Source: Hypanus sabinus (taxonomy: Eukaryota). From it: 64,000 bases of DNA. Both the position numbers and the translations under genes were made by a program. The notes under the pieces are model-generated. The model did not search any database. It saw only the letters and a program-made list of their open reading frames with translations, and was not told the DNA's origin. The DNA is taken from contig NC_082715.1 of the NCBI RefSeq assembly GCF_030144855.1, forward strand, positions 145,204,001 to 145,268,000, in the 5' to 3' direction. Shown piece after piece: positions 10,970-23,364 of the stretch (the stretch's first letter is position 1; every line of letters starts with the position of its first letter).

Positions 10970-11570
10970 TCAGAAACTCACGAAAAGTAAGAGTCCCAGA
11001 ACAGATCCCTGAGGCACCACACAAGTAGCCGACCTCCATGCAGAATATGACCCGTTTACAACCAATCTTTGTCTTCTGTGGGCAAGCCAGTTCTGGATCC
11101 ACAAAGCAATTTTCCCCGTGGATCCCATGCCTCATTACTTTCTCAATAGGCCTTGTATGGGGTGCCTTATCAAATGCCTTGCTGAAATCCATATACACTA
11201 TATCTACTGTTCTTCCTTAATCAGTGTTTTTAGTCACATCCTCAACAGATTCAATCAGGCTCGTAAGGTAGGACCTTCCCTAGACAAAGCCATGCTGACT
11301 ACTCCTAATCATGCGATGCCTCTCCAAATGTTTATAAATCCTGCCTGTCAGGATCTTCTCCATCAACTTACCAATCACTGAGGTAAGGCTCACTAGTATA
11401 TAATTTCCTGGGCTACGTTTACTCCCTTTCTTGAATAAAGAAACAACATTTGCAAACCCTCAATCCTCCGGAAGACCTCTCGTCCCCGTTCAGGATGCAA
11501 AGATCATCGCCAGAGTCTCAGCAATCTCCTTCCTCCCCTCTCGCAGTAGCCTGGGGTACATCTCATCTGG
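10970..11570 (-). mobile_element. CR1-type RT fragment
   Basis: Minus ORF 10956-11198 contains MDFSKAFDKAPH (RT motif). Confidence 0.8.
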
Positions 11571-12589
11571 TGACGTAACATTCCATAACCTCAGAGTAGA
11601 CAAATACTTGGTTGATTGCTGTAGCTAAACGATGTTCTGCTTGTCAATCCACGGAACCAAAGCCTGCAACTGCTTCAGGTATATATTATTCCAAGCTACT
11701 ACTGAAATGGCTCCGGTTACAGTTGTTATAAGTCTTTCTTATCCAGAACAATGAATCCTGAATCCTGGCAAGGTATTAGGGCAACCTGCATCCAACGAAA
11801 CAAAGGCTGTTTAACATAATTGCACGTTCATGATTATTTGAAATTATACTTAAAACTAAAAAATTGGGTCAAGGTCTGTGAGGTGCTCGTTAAATATTTT
11901 GGGCTATTTTCGAATGACGTGTTCTCGCACCACCCAAAGGACACTAAGAAGCGATTAGAGGCGGAGATTCCTTTGGAATCAGCTGCATTTTTATTTATCA
12001 GAGTATCAGGCAGGAGGGCCGAGGGGCCTACTTCGTATCCTAAATGTGACGTGCCAGGAGGATATTACTGAACAAAAAGTTTTTATTTTCATGACGATCC
12101 ATTTGATTCCTGGACCCAGTCTCCCTCAATGCCATGTGATTCCATATCTGCATCAAGAGAAATGGCAATTCAAAACATCAAATGATCTCCATATTCAAAT
12201 GTCTGCAGTGTAGCACATAGTGAATGTCACATTATATTGGTTCGTCATTTACGCCAGTAGGTGGAAATGTTGCATCACTTGATACCCATATTTGCTTCAG
12301 AGAATGGAAGAACCGGGCACTGAACACATAATATAGCAGCGACTGTGCTCTGCATCAATTACCCAAAATGGATTCATTGGAGTCATTACTCCAGAATGAA
12401 TGTTATCTTTTTCAAACTGATATCATGCAAATATCATCGGGAAATATTACCGAGAGAACTCGGGCGATAATTGCTGCAGCTGACATTTGGCGCTCGAGTT
12501 TGTAGGATAATTTCCGTGTAATGGCGAACATTCGACAGGATACGCTAATGCAATCCTTCACAGCTCTCTGCGTTTTAAACAAAATTTAC

Positions 12590-14190
12590 ATAGAAACATA
12601 GAAACTTAGAAAACCTACAGCACAATACAGGCCCTTCAGCCCACAAAGTTGTGCCGCACACGTCCCTACTTTACAAATTACTAGGCTTACCTATAGCGCT
12701 CTATTTTGCTAAGCTCCATGTACCTATCTAGAACATTCTTAAAAGACCCCATCGTATCCGCCTCCACCACCATTGCCGGCAGCCCATTCCACGTACTCAC
12801 CACTCTCTGAGTAAAAAACGTACCCCTGACATCTCGTCTGTACCTACTCCCCAGCAACCTTAAACATGTGTCCTCTTCTGGCAACCATTTCAGCCCTGGG
12901 AAAAAGACTCTGGCTATCCACATGGTCAATGCCTCTCATCATCTTGTGCACCTCTATCAGATCACCTCTCATCGTCCTTCGCTCCAAGGAGAAAAGGCTG
13001 ACTTCACTCAACCTATTCTTATAAGGATGCTCCCCAATCCAGGCAACACCCTAGTAAATCTACTCTGCACCCTTTCAATGGCTTCCACATCCTTTCTGTA
13101 GTGAGGCGACCAGAACTGAGCACAGTACTCCAAATCGGGTCTGACCAGGGTCCAATATATCTGCAACATACCCCTCGGCTCATAAATGCAATTCCACGAT
13201 TGATGAAGGCCAATATACCATCCGCCTTCCTAACCACAGAGTCAACCTGCACAGCTACTTTGAGTATCCTATGGACTCGGACCCCAAAATCCCTCTGATG
13301 CTCCACACTGCCAAAAGTTATAACATTAATACGATATGCTGCCATCCTATTTGACCTACCAAAATAACCACCTCACCCTTATCTGGGTTGAACTCCATCT
13401 GCCACTTCTCAGCTCCGTTTTGCATCCTATCAATGTCTCTCGGTAATCTCTGACAATCCTCCACACTATCCACAGCACCTCCAACATTTATGTCATCTGC
13501 AAACTTACTAACCCATCCCTCCACTTCATCCAAATTATTTACAAAAATCACGAAGAGTAAGGGTCCCAGAACAGATCCTCCATGACCGTCCTCCATGCAG
13601 AATATGTCCCGTTTACAACCGTACTTTACCTTCTGTGGGCAAGCCAGTTCTAGATCCACAAAGTAGTGTCCCCATGGATCCCATGCTTCCTTACTTTCTC
13701 TATAAGCCTTGCAAAGGATACCTTATCAAATGTCTTGCTGAAATCCATATACACTACATCTACTGATCTTCCTTCATCAATGCGTTTAGTCACATCCTCA
13801 AAAAGAATTCAATCAGACTCGTAAGGCACCACCTGGCCTTTAGAAATGCGTGCCGACGACTCCTAATCATATTATACATCAAAAATCCTGCCTCTAGGGC
13901 TTTTCTCCATCATCTTACCAAGCACTGATGTAAGACTCGCTGGTCTATAATTTCCTGGTCTGTCACTTCTCCTTTTCTTCAATAACGTAACAACATCCGC
14001 AAACCGCCTGTCCTCCTGAACTTCCCCCTTCCCGATTGATGATGCAAAATTCATCACCAGAGGCTAAGCAATTTTCTCCCCCGCCTCCTACAGTAGCCTG
14101 TGGTACATTTTGTCCGGTCCCGGCAACTTCTACAAGTTGATGCTTTCCAAAAGCTCCAGCACATCCTCTTTCTTAAAATCTATATGCTCA
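12590..14190 (-). mobile_element. CR1-type LINE 3' portion with (ACATAGAA)n tail
   Basis: Tail ACATAGAAACATAGAAACTTAGAAAAC; minus-frame RT motifs GSVLGPLLFVIFVN, FADD, WQMEFNPDK, NYRPASLTSVLGK. Confidence 0.88.
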
Positions 14191-14815
14191 AGTGGAGAAA
14201 CTTCCGCTGAAAATCGGAAACTTTTTAAATCGATTTTCCAATTATCGTATTCCACTATGGCACTCCCTTCGTTCCCGCCACCCTCAGTGAAACGCTAAAC
14301 AGTTGCATTGTCTGTCCACCATCACTGGCATTTCAGCTCATCTGTGCAGCCAACACATTAAATGCATTGTGGCAGTTAATCAACAAGGCGTACTACGTTG
14401 ACGTTATAAGCGTATAACATGTAACACAGGAAAGCTTTTACCCGAACAGTTTAACACGATATTCTGTGGATTTTACTGATGATACTTTCCTTCTCAGCTT
14501 TCCTTATAACATTTCTGTATTCTCGCAATAATCAATTCGTTGTAAGCTAGTCTTTCTGTTCGCCTGTTGTCCATTAATCGCTTCGTATTTCTGGTAAGAT
14601 GCAGCAATTCTCCCCGGACCTATTTCCGCCCATGGCAAACTCAAGCCCACATTACTTCAGTCGCTTCTTCCCATTTTGATACACTGTTGGTTTATGCGTC
14701 CCCTATGCATTTGTATGTGGGGGGTGTAGTTTAGGGCTGTGTGGAATTGAGCAAATGTCAGTGACAGTGAACCTGTGAATCGGTCATAAGTTGGTAAATT
14801 TTCAAATTGCTTAAA

Positions 14816-15490
14816 TGTTGTCACATGCAGAGAACAAACTGTTTTGCAGGTCATTCATGCAGATCAGTTCATCAGTGCATTGAGATAGCACAAGCGAGCA
14901 GAATAAAGTGTTACAGTTACTGGGAAAGTGCAGTACAGGTAGGCAGTAAGGTGTAAGGGCATATCGACGTAGATTGTCAGGCCAAGAGTCTGTCTGATCA
15001 CAGTAGGGAAACATTCAGTGATCACATAACACCGAGACAGACGCTGTCCTTGAGCCTGGTGGTATGTGCCTTTAAGGGTTTTGGATCTTCTGCCTGATCG
15101 GATGGGGGAGGTGAGAGAATGTCCGTGATGGTTGACGTCTTTGCCTATATTGGCTGATTTGCCGAGGCAGCAAAAGTGTACACAGAATCCATGGAGAGGA
15201 GTTGCCTTCCGTGATGTGCTGAGCTCTATGCGCAACTCTCTTTAGTTTATTTTAATTACCAGCAGAGCAGACACCATGCCCAGCCGTGATGCATCCAGAC
15301 GGAATTCATCGATAAAGATTGCTGAAGTCAAAGTTAGAGCGCTAGTGAGCGCTCTTTGCCGTGACATCTACGTGGTTGGGCCAGGATAGGTTGTTGGTGA
15401 CGTCCCCTCCACTGAACTTGAATTTCTCAACCCTCCCGAACCCAGCATCGTTTACATAGTTGCCCCGCCATTTCCTGAAATCAAGACCCA
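14816..15490 (-). mobile_element. Rex1/L2-like LINE 3' remnant abutting the V promoter (cluster 2)
   Basis: Minus-frame remnants SSLSSPIRSGRRSKTLKGTYHQAQGQ and VEKFKF.G...TNNLSWS; the same remnant precedes all three V leaders. Confidence 0.7.
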
Positions 15491-15508
15491 ATTCATTCGT
15501 GAGTAGAG

Positions 15509-15527
15509 ATCTGCATCAATATATATT
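15509..15527 (+). promoter_or_regulatory. Octamer-like ATCTGCAT plus TATA-like element of psiVJ2
   Basis: One mismatch from the IgL octamer ATTTGCAT, about 120 nt upstream of the ATG, followed by ATATATAT. Confidence 0.55.
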
Positions 15528-15632
15528 TCAGTGGCTTTGCAGTCTTCCACAGTTCTTAAGGAGCAGCTTCGAAAGCCCTGAACAGGACTTGTGTCCGATA
15601 GCCTTTGACTTCTGATTCTTATCAGCTTCACC

Positions 15633-15681
15633 ATGGCTGAATGGGTCCTGGTTCTTTCCGCGTTTGCGTCCTGTTTGCTCA
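15633..15681 (+). pseudogene. Leader exon of psiVJ2 (donor destroyed)
   Basis: MAEWVLVLSAFASCLL; the donor GTAAGT of the intact paralog reads TTAGGT here. Confidence 0.9.
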
Positions 15682-15768
15682 TTAGGTACAATACTTCAAC
15701 CTTTATACTGTCCTTTATGTTGTGTTGGTACTTAAGGGTTTAAAATAATTATTTGTTACTTTCCCAAG

Positions 15769-16116
15769 CTGCAAACCCGGAGATGACTTTGACTCAGTCT
15801 TCGTCCGTATCAGCGACTCCGGGTAGAACCGTGAAAATCAGTTGTACCATGTCAGGGGGGTAGCATCGACAGCTACTACACGAGCTGGTTCATGCGATAC
15901 CCGGCGGCGCCCCAGTTTTTGTGTTGCATGGAAGCTCCACAACAGGATCGGGAATTCCAGATCGATTCACCGGTTCCGTAGAGTCATCGAGCAACCAAAT
16001 ACATTTATCCATCACCAACGTGCAATGGGAGGACGCCGTCGATTATTATTGTGGTGCTGGGGATGTTTGCACGGACATATTCACCTTTGGGAGAGGAACC
16101 AAACTGAATTTCAACT
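15769..16116 (+). pseudogene. IGLV: Germline-joined lambda VJ pseudogene, cluster 2
   Basis: Colinear with 34306-34659. +1 in the G-run gives TAG at 15861-15863; -1 near 15896; the J donor GT is GA at 16117-16118. FR3-CDR3-J still reads [29 protein letters not shown] with no RSS. Confidence 0.95.
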
Positions 16117-16754
16117 GAAAGTAAATATTTGTTGGGGTCTAATCACCGTTTGATTTTGTTTGTTTGTTTATTCGTTTGAACCTTGGAATAATATTATCAA
16201 TCCTGATGCTTCGACCCGGCTTACAGGACGCTTCTCATTGTAACTTTATAATATGGCAGGTAGAAATCTAGTGCGTATGCATCCTGTTTGTTTGGTAGGG
16301 TTACTGAATTTAGCTGAAAACTATCTTCAAAACAACTTCAGTTCATTGCCATAACATTTTTAAAATAGTTTCGTTAATTGATGCTTCGTGCCGTTAGCAA
16401 GTGTTTCTTAAAAGGTTCCCAGGGAACAGATGCATTAAAATATATTCCCAACAGTTTGGACTTACACTAGACAACCGATGTGAGGTCGTGTTTAGTTAAA
16501 GGATCTGAATGCCAAACGTCTGGAATATATTTTGTTATTTTAAAAAAAATATAAATCGCTGCTAATTTTACTTTACTTTGTGTGTATTATGTTGTGCACC
16601 TTGGTCTCCTAAAACGTTGTTACGTTTGACCGTATCCATGTATTCAGTTGACTGACAATAAACTTTGTCCTGAACCGGAAGCTTAATACGGACAAGAGCC
16701 GAGCTCTGCATGTTACCGAATTGCAATAGGGAACTTCTATTTCCTTCAGGCGGT

Positions 16755-18690
16755 AAAACAGAGGCACAGAATTAGGGAATACGACCCCACGAGTCTGCTC
16801 CATCGTTTGATCGTCGCTGGTATATTTTCTCCCAAGCTCATTCTCCTGACTTCTCCCCATAACCTTTGATGCCGTTTGCTAATCAAGAGACTATAAAACT
16901 CCGTTTTAAGTAAACCCAAAGACTTGGTATCCACAGCCTCCTTTGGGACTAAATTCTACAGATTCACCACTTTGCGGATAAATCAAATCCTCCCTATCTC
17001 TGTTCTAAAGGGCTGTCCGTATATTCAAAGGATTTTCTTTCGGGTCTGGCCTCTCGGAATATAGGAAGCATCCTCCCACTTGCACTCAGTCTAGCTCTTT
17101 CAGTATTCGATAAGGATCTAAGGGGGGGAGAGTTAATTTTTCACTATTCTAATATTCTCTTCAGTTTATGTAATTCTCCTTAAAAAATAATAAATAAATA
17201 AATAAATAAATAGATAGATAGATAGATAGATAGATAGAAGTATTCGGTAGGTTAATGAGACTTCATCCTCTACCTCTACCCGCCGCCCCCCCCCCCCCCC
17301 CGCCCCAATCATTCTTCTGAAATCCAGCGTGCACAAGCCCAGGGCCATCAAATGCTCCGTATACTTTAACTCTTTCATTGTCGGCATCTTTCCTGTAAGC
17401 CTGCTTTTGTCAGCACATCCTTTCTTTGATATGTGGTCCAGAACTGCTCACTATACTCTAAATCTGCTCTGGCTATTGCCTTTTAAAACCTTAGCATTAC
17501 ATCCTTGCTTTTATATTCTACTCATCTCGAAATGAATACTAACTTTGCTTTTGCCTGCAAGTTAACATTTTGGGAATCCTGCAGGATGACTTCCGAGTCT
17601 CCTTGCACCTCCGATTTCTGAATTCGGTCTCCGGTTAGGAGAAGACTGTACCTTTATTCCTTCTACCATAGTCCACGGCAATGCAATTTCCTACACTGTA
17701 CTCCATCTGTCACTTCTTTGCCCATTCATCTGATCCGTCAGGATCATTCCGCGGACTCCTACTGCCTCAACACTGCCTACTCCTCCACCTGTCTTTGCAT
17801 CATCCGCAAACGTGTCCACAAATCCGTAAATCCCGTCGTTCAGATCATTACCTTCCAGCATGAAACGTAGCAGACTCAACACCGATCCTTGCAGAACACC
17901 ACTAGTTACCGGTAGCCAACAAGAACAGATTATCCTCATGCTTTTCTCCTGCCGGTCAGCAAATGCTCCGTCTATGCCTGTGATAGCTTATGCTCTTATC
18001 GTGTTAAGCAGCCTGATGTGTCACACTTTGTCAATGGTCTTCTGAAAATCCAAGTCAATAACATCCACTGATTCGTATTTGTATATCCTGCCTGGTATTT
18101 TCTCAAGGAATCTCAGCAGATTTAATAACTAAATTTCCCCTTAAGGGAACCATGCTGATCACGGCTTATTTTATCGGATGCCACCAAGTACCGAGAAATT
18201 TCCTCCTTACTAATGGATTCTAGCAATCTCAATGTGTTTAAATTTCGATTAAACATCGATATGTTTACTAAGAAACTGATTGACGTCAGAATAACTGTCC
18301 CATAATTTCCTGCATTTTGCGTCCCTCTCTTCTGAGAGTGTGGAGTAATATTTGTGATTTTCTTGTCCAGCGGACCCATTGGCCCATTCTTGAAAGATCG
18401 TTACTAATGCCTCTCTAATCTATCCAGTTACCGCCTTCAGAATTCTGGAGTGCAGTCCATCTAGTTTGTCGACTTATCTAACTTCAGATCTTTCAGCCTC
18501 CCAAGCTCCTTCTCCCTCGTCATAGCAACTACTGTCACTTAGGTTTAATTTCCCTTAATGCCTAATTTCGAGTTTTGTTTTCTCAACTAGATCTTTTCAC
18601 CTTACTTGCGCTCCTCTTGTTCTATACCTATTAACCGGAAGTCATCAAGATTCTGGTGCTCCGTTCTAACTTCTACCCAATTTGCCTTCA
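16755..18690 (-). mobile_element. Decayed CR1-type fragments inside the J-C intron (cluster 2)
   Basis: Minus-frame remnants VTSGVLQGSVL, FADDAK, NYG.V.LTS; shared by all three complete introns. Confidence 0.75.
17110..17238 (+). mobile_element. 129-bp retroposed 3'-end fragment with (TAAA)n(TAGA)n tail and 8-bp target-site duplication
   Basis: AGTATTCG at 17102-17109 and 17239-17246; the empty site AATATTCG|GTAGG is at 35660-35672 in the intact cluster. Confidence 0.75.
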
Positions 18691-18754
18691 GCAAGATGCC
18701 GCCCCAAAGCCCACCTCGGCCTCTCCAGTGTGTTTGAACTTCTGCGCCGTCTCA

Positions 18755-18816
18755 GTGTAAATGTCTCAGCTTTGATAACAAATTATCACTCAGCCCACCT
18801 GTTTTGTTTACATTTC
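18755..18816 (+). promoter_or_regulatory. Invariant 62-bp intronic element (candidate enhancer), cluster 2 copy
   Basis: Identical to 37202-37263 and 55855-55916. Confidence 0.5.
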
Positions 18817-19918
18817 AATCTCTCCAAACCCGCAGGCCACTGGGTACCTAATTTTTGGATACCTCCTCATTACTTTAGTAAGTGATTTTTCCTTGAATAA
18901 CAACTCTGAGGTCTGAAACACTGGAAAATCGCTCCTTAGCATTTCTGACTTTTCGCCGCGTTTTCCTCCGAGATACTACCGTAAAACGATTTCTTTGTAA
19001 ATTTCGTTCTGTAGTCTTGATATCTTATTGTGTGAATGGGTTCAACTTTTCAAATCATTGAAAAAAAATCATTATGAATACATTGACTCAGATGTCCACA
19101 TCTTCTGGATTTCATAGACCTCTGAGAGTTGTTAACGGATTTTCCTTCAGTGTGTATCACCCCGGTCCAAACAACCCTTTCGGAATTAATTGTGAGACTA
19201 AAAACTAAAAAATCCAGGTAGAAAACTTTAACTGGTATTATTTATTCCCATTACAATATTTCCATGATTTTTAGCCAATCACATTCCCTCCTTTACTGCG
19301 ACGAATCGCGCAATCTCCGAGGAGAGACAAAGACACAGCATGTCAATCAAATCCACCGCCATATCTCTTGCTTTTTACGTGAATAGCTGCGACGACATTT
19401 CGGAGTTTTGCCACGCGCTTTGCCATATCCCTTTCCGGGTTTCTTATTGGTTCTATGATTAAAGTCTTTACGATTTAACACCATGGACCATGGCAATAAT
19501 CTGTCACGATGTTAACTATATATAGTTACATCAGATTGGATCGGTGTACCATGGGATATATAAAGTATATCTTACGTATATTAGAGAGTATTTCACGAAT
19601 AGAGGTTTCTGTCAGCGAAGCTTCTCCAGTCGGATTTTCTTTTGCCATTCCATCGAAATTTGTTATTTTATTGCTTTGAATTTTGCTATTATGAAAAACC
19701 CTCTTTTTCCTTTACTTTGTAGCTATTTCTAGTGTTCATGATATATATTGCCTTTGATGCATTTGTGGAAGATCAAAACACATTAATGAGATTCAGTTGT
19801 GCCCGGGTTCTCATGCGTTCTGACCTTTATGGTTCTAAAATAATTGAAAAAAGACAAAGTTTGATTCTAATTTATATCAATTAATAACTCATCTCCCTGC
19901 ACTTCTTTCTATTTACAG

Positions 19919-20241
19919 GTCCGCGAAAACCCGCCGTATCCGTCCTCCGACCATCTGCGGATGAAATTCGGGGACAGGGCACCGCCACACTGGTGTGTTT
20001 AGTGAGCGGGTTTAATCCGGCCGCTGTGAATATCGAGTGGACTGTGGACGGCAGTACGAGAAGGAATGGCGTTGAGACCGGCCGGATCTAGCAGGACGCC
20101 GACTACACGTTCAGTGCGAGCAATTACCTGACTCTGCCAGCCTCAGACTGGAACTCACACGAGCGTTACTCCTGCGTGGATAAACATGAGACTCAGGCAA
20201 CCCCATATCAAACAAAAATCGCGTGATCCAGCTGTATGTAA
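19919..20241 (+). pseudogene. IGLC: Lambda constant exon pseudogene, cluster 2
   Basis: Colinear with C1. CAG>TAG at 20089-20091, CGA>TGA at 20224-20226, and V>D in the YxCxVxH motif (20179-20181). Acceptor and AATAAA (20271-20276) are retained. Confidence 0.95.
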
Positions 20242-20816
20242 TACAACATGTTTAGAGGCTGTTTCTTTAAAATAAAACAAACGAATTTCAGCTACAGATG
20301 TTAAATTTGCGATTGTCGCTGACACATTTTTCAACCGGGAGAAAACAGGCATTGCGTCCTGGTGGACGTTCTTAAACAGCATTCGTTCTGAAATTCATAT
20401 CGTCCATGTAATTTTATCCCGAAGTAATTAAAATCTATGCGATCTCCTGTGGCGTTTTTGCCTTGATCAATATTACCGACAAGAGCATCATTTTTCAAAC
20501 GTTTGCGTAGATAGTGAACGTGATCAAACTTTGGCCATCCATGAAATAAAATAGACAAAATAGACATTGTGCTAGTACTTGGGTATATTTTCTTCCTGAA
20601 GAAATCATATTCACTATGGCTACATCAGAACAAGTGGTGTAATTACTTGTCAGCGAAATTTACATAAATAATAAAAGAAATCCTGATACCGCCTTTATTT
20701 GAACATCGTGCGTATATTCAATTTCCAATTTTAGCATTGTATTCTTCATGGAAATGGTTTTACTACAGCTGGTCATATTCAGGGAGACACGGGCTTCTGT
20801 ATCCTGTGTCAGCAGC

Positions 20817-23364
20817 GGGAGAAGAAGTTTTTCCTTAACTGTGTCCTAAATGACCTACCCCTTATTCTCATACCATGCCCTCTGGTACTGGACTCTCCCA
20901 GCATCTGGAACATATTTCCTGCCTCTATCTTGTCCAATCCCTTAATAATCTTATATGTTTCAATCAGATCCCCTCTCAATCTCATTAATTCCAGCGTGTA
21001 CAACCCAGTCTCTCTAACCTCTCGGCGTAAGACAGTCCAGACATCCCAGGAATTAACCTCGTGAATCTACGCTGCACTTCCTCTACAGCCAGGATGTCCT
21101 TCCTTAACTGTACACAAAACTGTACACAATACTCCAGGTGTGGTCTCACCAGGGCTCTGTACAAATGCAAGAGGATTTCTTTGCTCTTGTACTCAATTCC
21201 CTTTGTAATAAAGGCCAACATTCCATTAGCCTTCTTCACTGCCTGCTGCACTTGCTCATTCACCTTCAGTGACTGATGAACAAGGACTCCGAGATCTCTT
21301 TGTATTTCTCCTACCCAACCCTACACCGTTCAGATAAAAATCTGCCTTCCTGTTCTTAATCCCAAAGTGGATAACCTCACACTTATTCACATTAAACGCC
21401 ATCTGCCAAGTATCTGCCCATTCACCCCGCCTATCCAAGTCACCCGGAATTCTCCTAACATCCTCATCACATGTCACACTGCCACCCAGCTTAGTATAAT
21501 CAGCAAATTTGCTGATGTTATTTTCTATGCCTTCATCCAAATCATTAACGTAAATTGTAAACAGCTGTGGTCCTAATAACGAGCCCTGTGGCACCCCACT
21601 AGTCACCACCTGCCATTCGGAGTAACACCCATTCACCGCTACCCTTTGCTTTCTATCTGCCAACCAGTTTTCTATCCATGTCAATGTCTCCCCCCCCCCC
21701 ACCCAATGCCCTGAGCTTTGATTTTACCCACCAATCTCCTATGTGGGACCTTATCAAATGCCTTCTGAAAATCGAGGTACACTACATCCACTGGATCTCC
21801 CCGATCTAACTTCCTGGTTACATCGTCGGAAAACTCCAACAGATTAGTCAAGCATGATTTACCCTTGGTATATCCATGCTAGCTCGGCCCAGTCCTATCA
21901 CTGTTATCTAGATATGCCACTATTTCATCCTTAATAATGGACTCTAGCATCTTTCCCACCACCGATCTCAGGCTGACAGGTCGATAGTTCTCCGTTTACT
22001 CCCTCCCTCCTTTCTTAAAAAGTGGGATAACATTAGCCATTCTCCAATCTTCAGGAACTGATCCTGAATCTAAGGGACATTGGAAAATGATTACCAATGC
22101 ATCCGCAATTTCCAGGGCCACCTCAATTAGTACCCTAGGGTGCAGACGATCTCGACCTGGGGATTTGTCAGCCTTCAGTCCCATCAGTCTACTCATCACC
22201 GTTTCCATCCTAATGTCAATCTGTTTCATTTCCTCTGTTACCTTATGTCCTTGACCCATCCATACATCTGGGAGATTGCTTGTGTCTTCCTTGATGAAAA
22301 CAGATCTGAAGTACTCATTAAATTCTTCTGCCATTTCTCTGTTTCCCATAACAATTTCACCCAATTCATTCTTCAAGGGTCCAACATTGTCCTTAACTAT
22401 CTTCTTTATACCACATACCTAAAAAAGCTTTTGTTACCTTCCTTTATATTCCTGGATAGCTTGCGTTCGTACCTCATTTTTTCTCCCCGTATTGTCTTTT
22501 TAGTTAAGTTCTGTTGTTCCTTAAAAACTTCCCAATCATCTGTCCTCCCACTCACCTTAGCTCTGTCATATTTCCTTTTTTAATGCTATGCAATCTCTGA
22601 CTTCCTTTGTCAACCACTGTGGCCCCTTTCCCCCCTTTGAATCCTTCCTTCTCTGGGCGATGAACTAATTTTGCACCTTGTGCATTATTCCCAAGAATAC
22701 CTGCCATTGCTGTTCCACTGTCTTTTCTGCTAGGCTATCCGTCCAGTCAACTTTGGCCAGCTCCTCCCTCATTGGCTCCATAGTTTCCACTGTTCATCTG
22801 CAACACTGACACCTCCGATCTGCCCTTGTCCTTCTCAAATTGCAGATAAAAGCTTATCATATTATGATCACTACCTCCTAATGGCTCCTTTACTGCAAGA
22901 TCGCTTATCAAATCCTGTTCATGACATAACACTAAATCCAGAATAGTCTTGTCCCTGGTCGGTTCTCATACAAGCTGTTCCAAGAATGCATCCCGTAGGC
23001 ACTCTACAAACTCCCTATCCTGTGGTCCAGCACCAACCTGAGACTCCCAGTTCACCTGCATGTTGAAATTCCCCCATAACTACTGTGACATTACCTTTGC
23101 CACATGCCAATGTTAACTCCCTATTCAACTTGCACCCAATATTCATGCTACTGTTTGGTGGCCTATAGACAACAGCCTTTTGGGACCTTTTGCCCTTACT
23201 GTTCCTCAGTTCTATCCACACAGACTCTACTTCTCCTGACCCTATGTCCCCCCTTGCAAAGGACTGAATCTCATTCCTCACCAACAGGGCCACCCCACCC
23301 CCTCTGACCACATTTCTGTCCCTACGATAGCACGTATACCCTTGTACATTCCTCTTGTACCCTT
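20817..23364 (-). mobile_element. Younger CR1-type LINE (endonuclease to RT); its 3' end was removed by a deletion
   Basis: Minus ORFs with RGGGVALLVRN..ESVWIEL..VYRPPN (APE), KSPG.D.LHPRVL and VTSGVPQGSLLGPQLF, FADY; about 98-99% like 59852-62602. Confidence 0.92.

Noticed and set aside
15336-15355. 8-bp-stem hairpin AGAGCGCT-AGTG-AGCGCTCT upstream of V
   Set aside because: It lies within the decayed Rex1-like element and is weaker in the functional copy; no evidence of function.
15682-15692. Cryptic donor AG|GTAC/GTAG 4 nt downstream of the dead leader donor as a rescue of the pseudo-VJs
   Set aside because: It shifts the frame and meets GGG TAG in FR1; combined with the other indels it does not restore an open frame.
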